A program made the translations under genes and the position numbers. This document shows, in pieces, positions 26,825-32,000 of a stretch of 32,000 nt of DNA. This stretch comes from Promethearchaeum syntrophicum (GTDB lineage Archaea > Asgardarchaeota > Lokiarchaeia > Sigyniarchaeales > Promethearchaeaceae), in assembly GCF_008000775.2 (NCBI RefSeq), contig NZ_CP042905.2, positions 1,740,001 to 1,772,000 on the forward strand, given 5' to 3'. Numbering within the stretch: the first letter of the stretch is position 1; every line of letters starts with the position of its first letter. The notes beneath the pieces are model-generated. The model made no database searches and had not been told where the DNA came from. It saw only the letters and a list, made by a program, of their open reading frames with translations.

Positions 26825-27501
26825 TCAGCATGAATAGAAAACTAAAAAAAATCATTGCATTGCGAAATTCCTATCCTACCCCCAAATTTCTAAAATGTTA
26901 TCTGGAATCGGATACAAAATATAAACATATCAAAGGGAAGGATGCATACGCGGCTATTCTCTCCCAAAATAATGATAAACGGGTTCATCATCGCTTTTTT
27001 ATTAAAGGTTTGCCCCGGAGTTGGGATCCCAAGCATAAAACCTACTGGATGATATTTGATTTTGAGGCTCAAATTGGAGATATTATTGAATTTCGCAGAT
27101 CTTCCAAAAATTATGCAGAAAAAATATACTATATTGCGTACCCCAATGAAAAAACCCGTAATTTGATGGAAATTTCACGATTTGACGCTTATAGAGTTGT
27201 AAATGATCGCCAAACATATTTAAAAACCCAAAATAACCATCTCCGAACGATTCCCGCCTCGGTAAAATGCCAAGTATGGGAACGGGATGATCATCGGTGT
27301 GTGTATTGTGGTTCAACGGTCAATCTGGAATTCGATCATATCATTCCGTTTTCATGGGGTGGGTCTAACTCTCCTGAAAATGTTCAATTGTTATGTAGGA
27401 CATGCAATCGGAGAAAATCGGATACGTTAACTGATGGAAATACTAAATCACTAATTCGAACCCATGTAAAAAATCAGCAGAATAAGAAAATTGCTTCTTA
27501 A
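26821..27501 (+). CDS. HNH endonuclease
   Basis: C-terminal VWERDDHRCVYCGSTVNLEFDHIIPFSWGGSNSPENVQLLCRTCNRRKSD is a canonical HNH with two CxxC pairs. Confidence 0.9.
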   Translation: MISMNRKLKKIIALRNSYPTPKFLKCYLESDTKYKHIKGKDAYAAILSQNNDKRVHHRFFIKGLPRSWDPKHKTYWMIFDFEAQIGDIIEFRRSSKNYAEKIYYIAYPNEKTRNLMEISRFDAYRVVNDRQTYLKTQNNHLRTIPASVKCQVWERDDHRCVYCGSTVNLEFDHIIPFSWGGSNSPENVQLLCRTCNRRKSDTLTDGNTKSLIRTHVKNQQNKKIAS

Positions 27502-29069
27502 TTACTCCAACTGGGAAACAATAACCCAAGAAACAACGTAAGAATATAACAGATTAAAGAACCCAAAATTGGAAATACTACAATCCCATCGACAATTCCA
27601 TCGCCCCCAATTAAAATTTTTCCCGTTGAAGTGATAGGATAAAAAAAATCAGTTGTTACCGTAGCAATAAAGGTTGAGAGACAAATTAGGAAAGGCGAAA
27701 GTGGGGTTTTGATGATTTTTTTCCCTCTAAAAATTTCAGTGAAATAATTTACATCGATTTTTATATTAATTTTTTGCCTAATCCAAAATAAAATCCCCAC
27801 ACCTAAAATCGGAGGTAAATAAAAGGCTATCGAATTTAAAAAATGAAAATGAACTGGGTTGGAGTATGGTAAGGATATTGTTTTTAATAGTAACGACAAA
27901 AGAACTTGAGCACCCATTATTATTAGAAAATAGACAATCCCGAACGATTTTTTTTTCTGGTATAGTAGCCCGATTATGCCAATTATTATAAAAATAATCG
28001 CGGGAATTATTAACCCGTATAGATGCCCAAACCATTGTACAGCAACCTTGGTAAAAAAATAAAAATAGACTCCCGCATCAACACCTGCTTGAGAATCGGG
28101 ATAATAATGCACGTAATCTTGTTCTATAGAAATAATCATTTTTAAAATTACGAAAAGTGAAACCGAGAAGATGATTTTATTCAAAGTTTTATTTTGAAAA
28201 TGTTCAAATTCATTATATTTTGTCTTTTCTATAATGCAGATCAAAGATACATACTTTGGATTTATGGGTTCTTTTTGAAGAATCATTTGAGATGTTAAAA
28301 CGGCTGTAAATATAACCATACCTACCACTTTTAGGTTTACCGGATTTATTACTCCTCCCATTTCTGCTGTTGGTAAAAGTGAACCCAGAAGGAATATACC
28401 AGAAATGATCATATTCCAAAATGCATAATAGGAAAATCGAAAATTATCTGATTTTACAAGGTTGTCTTTGATTAGGCTTAATTCATGATTATCCTTTTTT
28501 TCATAGATATACTCATGCGATTGATTGAATTTAATAAAACTTAGAACAAAAACTAGAGCATAAAGAGAGATGTTTGAGAATATATTAACCCTTCCCCAGA
28601 ATTCATCTATTTGATGGATAGTAACATAACCACCTTTCCAAAATACGATAAAATTATACATGGGAATGGTAGTGACAATGTAAAATATAATAAACAAAAT
28701 AAAAATCCATTTCATTTTTGTCTTAAAATATCCCAGCTGCAAGATTACAGAAACCAAATAGAAAATGAGAAATCCTGCGAAAAAAATCCAATGCCCATGA
28801 GTAATGGGGATTTCATCATTTCCCATATTTCTCTGATTTATATTTAAAATAAGATATGTAAGAAGAATCGAAAATGTATACAATCCAAAGCAAATTTGGG
28901 AGAATATCAATGAAATATGCCATGGATTTCTTTTTTCTGATTTGATTTTTTCTTTTCCTCTATATACGCTTTTAATAGCAAAGATAAATGCTATAGTTCC
29001 TAAAAATCCATTAACAATTACTCCCAAATACCATACTAGCGGTAGATTCGTGCTACTCAAAAAAAACAT
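27498..29069 (-). CDS. Polytopic membrane protein of unknown function (523 aa)
   Basis: About 12 or more hydrophobic segments across the full length, no soluble domain recognised. Convergent with and sharing the TTAA stop overlap of the HNH gene. Confidence 0.75.
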   Translation of the reverse strand: MFFLSSTNLPLVWYLGVIVNGFLGTIAFIFAIKSVYRGKEKIKSEKRNPWHISLIFSQICFGLYTFSILLTYLILNINQRNMGNDEIPITHGHWIFFAGFLIFYLVSVILQLGYFKTKMKWIFILFIIFYIVTTIPMYNFIVFWKGGYVTIHQIDEFWGRVNIFSNISLYALVFVLSFIKFNQSHEYIYEKKDNHELSLIKDNLVKSDNFRFSYYAFWNMIISGIFLLGSLLPTAEMGGVINPVNLKVVGMVIFTAVLTSQMILQKEPINPKYVSLICIIEKTKYNEFEHFQNKTLNKIIFSVSLFVILKMIISIEQDYVHYYPDSQAGVDAGVYFYFFTKVAVQWFGHLYGLIIPAIIFIIIGIIGLLYQKKKSFGIVYFLIIMGAQVLLSLLLKTISLPYSNPVHFHFLNSIAFYLPPILGVGILFWIRQKINIKIDVNYFTEIFRGKKIIKTPLSPFLICLSTFIATVTTDFFYPITSTGKILIGGDGIVDGIVVFPILGSLICYILTLFLGLLFPSWSN

Positions 29070-29252
29070 TCCTTGATCTTAGAATTTAATTTATATAATA
29101 TTAAAACCTTTCACAGAAACTTTTTTATTCCAATTTTTCCATATTTAAAACACACTTCTTTTATTACCACAACATTAATGAAAAATAGAAATAAAAAAGA
29201 AAGAGACAAAGTAGGATAACATAAAGCAAAAGAAGTAGAGTAAGTGAAAAAA

Positions 29253-32000
29253 ATGAAAAAATCAAATAATAAAATATCAATAGCAGGAATTTTTCTTTTC
29301 TGTACTATTATCGTTGGGTTTGTGTTTGTGCCGACTCCATTGAATCTGCGTCTTCCCACTGATGGAGGGGATGATCCACCACCCCCACCACCAAGACCTT
29401 TTAGTTGGGTAACATTAGCTCCTGACCAAATTTGCGATTCAGATGATGATATTATCTATCTCTCTTGGAGGGCTGATTCGGGTTATGGTGATAGATGGAC
29501 AAGACTTGAACGAAAACTGCATGATTATGACAATTGGATAATTGTTGGATCTACTTCTGGGTGGAGTAATTATGCGTATGTTACATTTCCAGTGATGGTA
29601 CCAACTGGTGTTGGTGTTGGAGAAACTGAAATTTATGATTATAGAGTCACCTTTCATGATTCAAGTGGTAGTCATACTAATATTGCGGAGGTAACTGTTG
29701 TTGGTCCGTCACCACCAACGCCTTTTAGTTGGATAACATTAGCTCCTGACCAAACATGTGATGAAGGAGATACTATCTCTCTCTCTTGGAGGGCTATTTC
29801 GGGTTATGGTGCTGAAAGATGGACAACACTTGAACAAAGTCTGTCTGGAGATGACGATTGGGAAGAGATTGGATCTACTTCTGGATGGAGTCGATATGGA
29901 GATATTACATACTCCGTTACTGTACCAACTGTTGGATGGGGAGAAACTGAAATTTATGATTATAGAGTAAACTTTCATGATTCCAGTCCTGGAGATGGTA
30001 ATCATTATGATACAGCAGTAGTCACTGTTGTTGGTCCACCAATACCAACGCCTTTTAATTGGCTAACATTAGCTGGTCCTCAAACATGTGATGTAGGAGA
30101 TACAATCTATCTCACTTGGAAGGCTGAATCGGGTTTTAGTGATAGATGGACACAACTTGAACGAAGTCTGCATGGATATGACAATTGGATAAATGTTGAT
30201 TCTACTGCTGGGTGGAGTGATGATGTTGATGTTACATTTGAAGTGACTGTACCCACTGATGTTGGTGTTGGAGAAACTGAAATTTATGATTATAGAGTAA
30301 ACTTTCATGATGATTCTAGAGAAAACTATCATGATTCCAGTTATTATACCGGTAATCATTATAATATAACTGAAGTCACTGTTGTTGGTCCAAGGGCTTT
30401 TAGTTGGTTAACGTTAGCTGGTCCCCAAACATGTGATTTAGAGGAAGGGAATACTATCTATCTCACTTGGAAGGCTGATTCGGGTTTTGGTGATGATAGA
30501 TGGACAACCCTTGAACGAAGTCTGCTTGGAGAAGACGATTGGGAAGAGGTTGATTCTACTTCTGGGTGGAGTGATAATGAGGATGTTACATATGAAGTGA
30601 CTGTACCTACTGTTGAATGGGGAGAAACTGAATATTATGAGTATAAAGTAAACTTTCATGATTCCAGTCCTGGTGATAATAATCATGAGCATATAGCAGA
30701 AGTCACTGTTGTTGGTCTGCCAGGACCAACGCCTTTTAAGTGGCTAATAAATCCTCCTCTTGAGCAAACATGCTATTTAGGGGATGGGAATACTCTCTCT
30801 CTCACTTGGAAGGCCGAATCAGGTTTTGATAATGATAGATGGGCAAAACTTGAATATAAAGTGAAAGGTATTGGCGATTGGATGCATGTTGAATATTATC
30901 CTGGGTGGCTTGATAATGATGATGTTACATTTCCAGTGATTCTACCAGCGGTTCTTCCTGGAGATACTATCATCTATGAATATAAAGTAACCTTTCATGA
31001 TGATTCTAGAGTAAGCTTTTATGCTTCCAGTGAAAGTTCCGGTATTCATGAGGATACAGTAGAAGTCACTGTTGTTGGTGAGACAGCACTATATCTATCA
31101 TTGACTCCTCTAGAAAGAACTAGTTCATATGGGACAAGTATAAGTCTTATTTGGAAGGCCCATTCAACGCTAGATTCAGACCACACAGCAGAATTATTCC
31201 AAGATTCCGATCCTGATCCGATAGACAGTAAAGTTTGGACTGATGGTGAAGAAATTAGTTTTTCAGTCGATTTACCTGTAGTTTCTTATGGAATTCAAGA
31301 GGTCTATTACCACATAGTAGTATCTGATACATATGATACAGTTAATGATACAGTAAAAATCACAGTTACTGGGTTAGCTGATACCTTCTTATATGATGAT
31401 CCTGATGACGGTATGGGCAATCCAAAGGATTATTGTGGTGTTGCTTTTGTTGCTTGGGAAGAATCCTATAGTGCTTCTGATGTAGCATATAGTGGTGAAT
31501 TACCAGATCTAAATGAATTATACACATTAAAAGATTTTAATTATGTTCAAAATCTGAAAGATAATGGATATAAGGTATTCCATGTATCAGATTATGAGAA
31601 GGCAGAATATTTTGATGTGTTTCTCGAAGCGTTGGCTCTAGCAGATGTTTTTGATACACGGATGTTTGTTATGACATTCATGCACGGAGCTTTCTTAACG
31701 GGAACTGAATGGAAAGTTCCTAATGATTTTCTTGATGGAAGTGATATTACTTTTGGAGATTTTACAGATCAACTCACTCCTGAAAAAATTATAAGTTCTG
31801 CTGCTATTCATTATCCAGGATATGTTGCTGAAGGACAAGTTGAAGAATTGATATTTTATGCAGCTCCTTGTTTTGCAATGACAGCATTAATTCCTAATGG
31901 ATTAGGTTATAATCTTGGTACCGAAGATGATGGACTTAAGAGAATTTCAAAAGCCGGAGTTATATTTGGAGTTAAGGGGGAACAAGGAAAGGTTGCTGAT
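29253..32000 (+). CDS. Secreted or surface tandem-repeat protein with candidate clan CD cysteine peptidase domain, 3'-truncated by window edge
   Basis: Continuous frame of 916 codons from ATG 29253 (MKKSNNKISIAGIFLFCTIIVGFVFV signal) to the window end. Missing from the ORF track. Five Ig/CARDB-like repeats plus one diverged, then FVMTFMHG and ELIFYAAPCFA. Confidence 0.88.
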   Translation, partial: MKKSNNKISIAGIFLFCTIIVGFVFVPTPLNLRLPTDGGDDPPPPPPRPFSWVTLAPDQICDSDDDIIYLSWRADSGYGDRWTRLERKLHDYDNWIIVGSTSGWSNYAYVTFPVMVPTGVGVGETEIYDYRVTFHDSSGSHTNIAEVTVVGPSPPTPFSWITLAPDQTCDEGDTISLSWRAISGYGAERWTTLEQSLSGDDDWEEIGSTSGWSRYGDITYSVTVPTVGWGETEIYDYRVNFHDSSPGDGNHYDTAVVTVVGPPIPTPFNWLTLAGPQTCDVGDTIYLTWKAESGFSDRWTQLERSLHGYDNWINVDSTAGWSDDVDVTFEVTVPTDVGVGETEIYDYRVNFHDDSRENYHDSSYYTGNHYNITEVTVVGPRAFSWLTLAGPQTCDLEEGNTIYLTWKADSGFGDDRWTTLERSLLGEDDWEEVDSTSGWSDNEDVTYEVTVPTVEWGETEYYEYKVNFHDSSPGDNNHEHIAEVTVVGLPGPTPFKWLINPPLEQTCYLGDGNTLSLTWKAESGFDNDRWAKLEYKVKGIGDWMHVEYYPGWLDNDDVTFPVILPAVLPGDTIIYEYKVTFHDDSRVSFYASSESSGIHEDTVEVTVVGETALYLSLTPLERTSSYGTSISLIWKAHSTLDSDHTAELFQDSDPDPIDSKVWTDGEEISFSVDLPVVSYGIQEVYYHIVVSDTYDTVNDTVKITVTGLADTFLYDDPDDGMGNPKDYCGVAFVAWEESYSASDVAYSGELPDLNELYTLKDFNYVQNLKDNGYKVFHVSDYEKAEYFDVFLEALALADVFDTRMFVMTFMHGAFLTGTEWKVPNDFLDGSDITFGDFTDQLTPEKIISSAAIHYPGYVAEGQVEELIFYAAPCFAMTALIPNGLGYNLGTEDDGLKRISKAGVIFGVKGEQGKVAD
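29395..31078 (+). repeat. Five tandem repeats of about 105-118 aa (315-354 nt)
   Basis: Units begin with FSWVTLAPDQ-C, FSWITLAPDQTC, FNWLTLAGPQTC, FSWLTLAGPQTC and FKWLINPPLEQTC. Each contains SW/TW+A-SG-DRWT-LE and Y-Y-V-FHDSS...VTVVG. Confidence 0.9.

Noticed and set aside
27498-27501. Convergent genes sharing a TTAA stop overlap
   Set aside because: Common in compact prokaryotic genomes and not informative alone.
29439-30692. Four minus-strand ORFs of 72-96 aa with similar sequence (ITRTGIMKVYSIIINFSFSP...)
   Set aside because: They are similar to one another only because they lie antisense to the tandem repeats of the 29253-32000 gene.

Overview
This 32 kb AT-rich window is protein-coding dense and looks archaeal. 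That reading rests on a Rad2/FEN1-family nuclease, two TFB/TFIIB-like proteins, an MglA/Ras-like GTPase next to a Roadblock protein, and TATA boxes about 25 nt upstream of many start codons. The gene mix is reminiscent of Asgard or a related deep lineage, but that is inference. No rRNA, tRNA, CRISPR array or transposon was recognised. The most notable loci are: (1) 3053-5467, a SIR2-like domain fused to ten 120-nt, nearly identical TPR units, a plausible NAD-targeting conflict/defence protein; (2) 17447-21151, a large membrane-anchored HerA/VirB4-like protein whose Walker A and DEAH-like positions look degenerate; (3) 15901-16662, an ERCC4/XPF-like fold plus HhH apparently lacking the catalytic ERKxxxD motif; (4) 5575-6718, an MglA-type GTPase/Roadblock pair; (5) 24413-25165, a TFB-like cyclin-fold protein without a zinc ribbon; (6) 29253-32000, a secreted tandem-repeat protein with a candidate clan CD cysteine peptidase module, running off the right edge and absent from the ORF track; (7) 10123-13332, a secreted/anchored alpha-alpha toroid-like protein; (8) an operon at 13787-16662 pairing an HExxH membrane protein with the XPF-like gene. 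All family calls come from motif reading only, with no database search.
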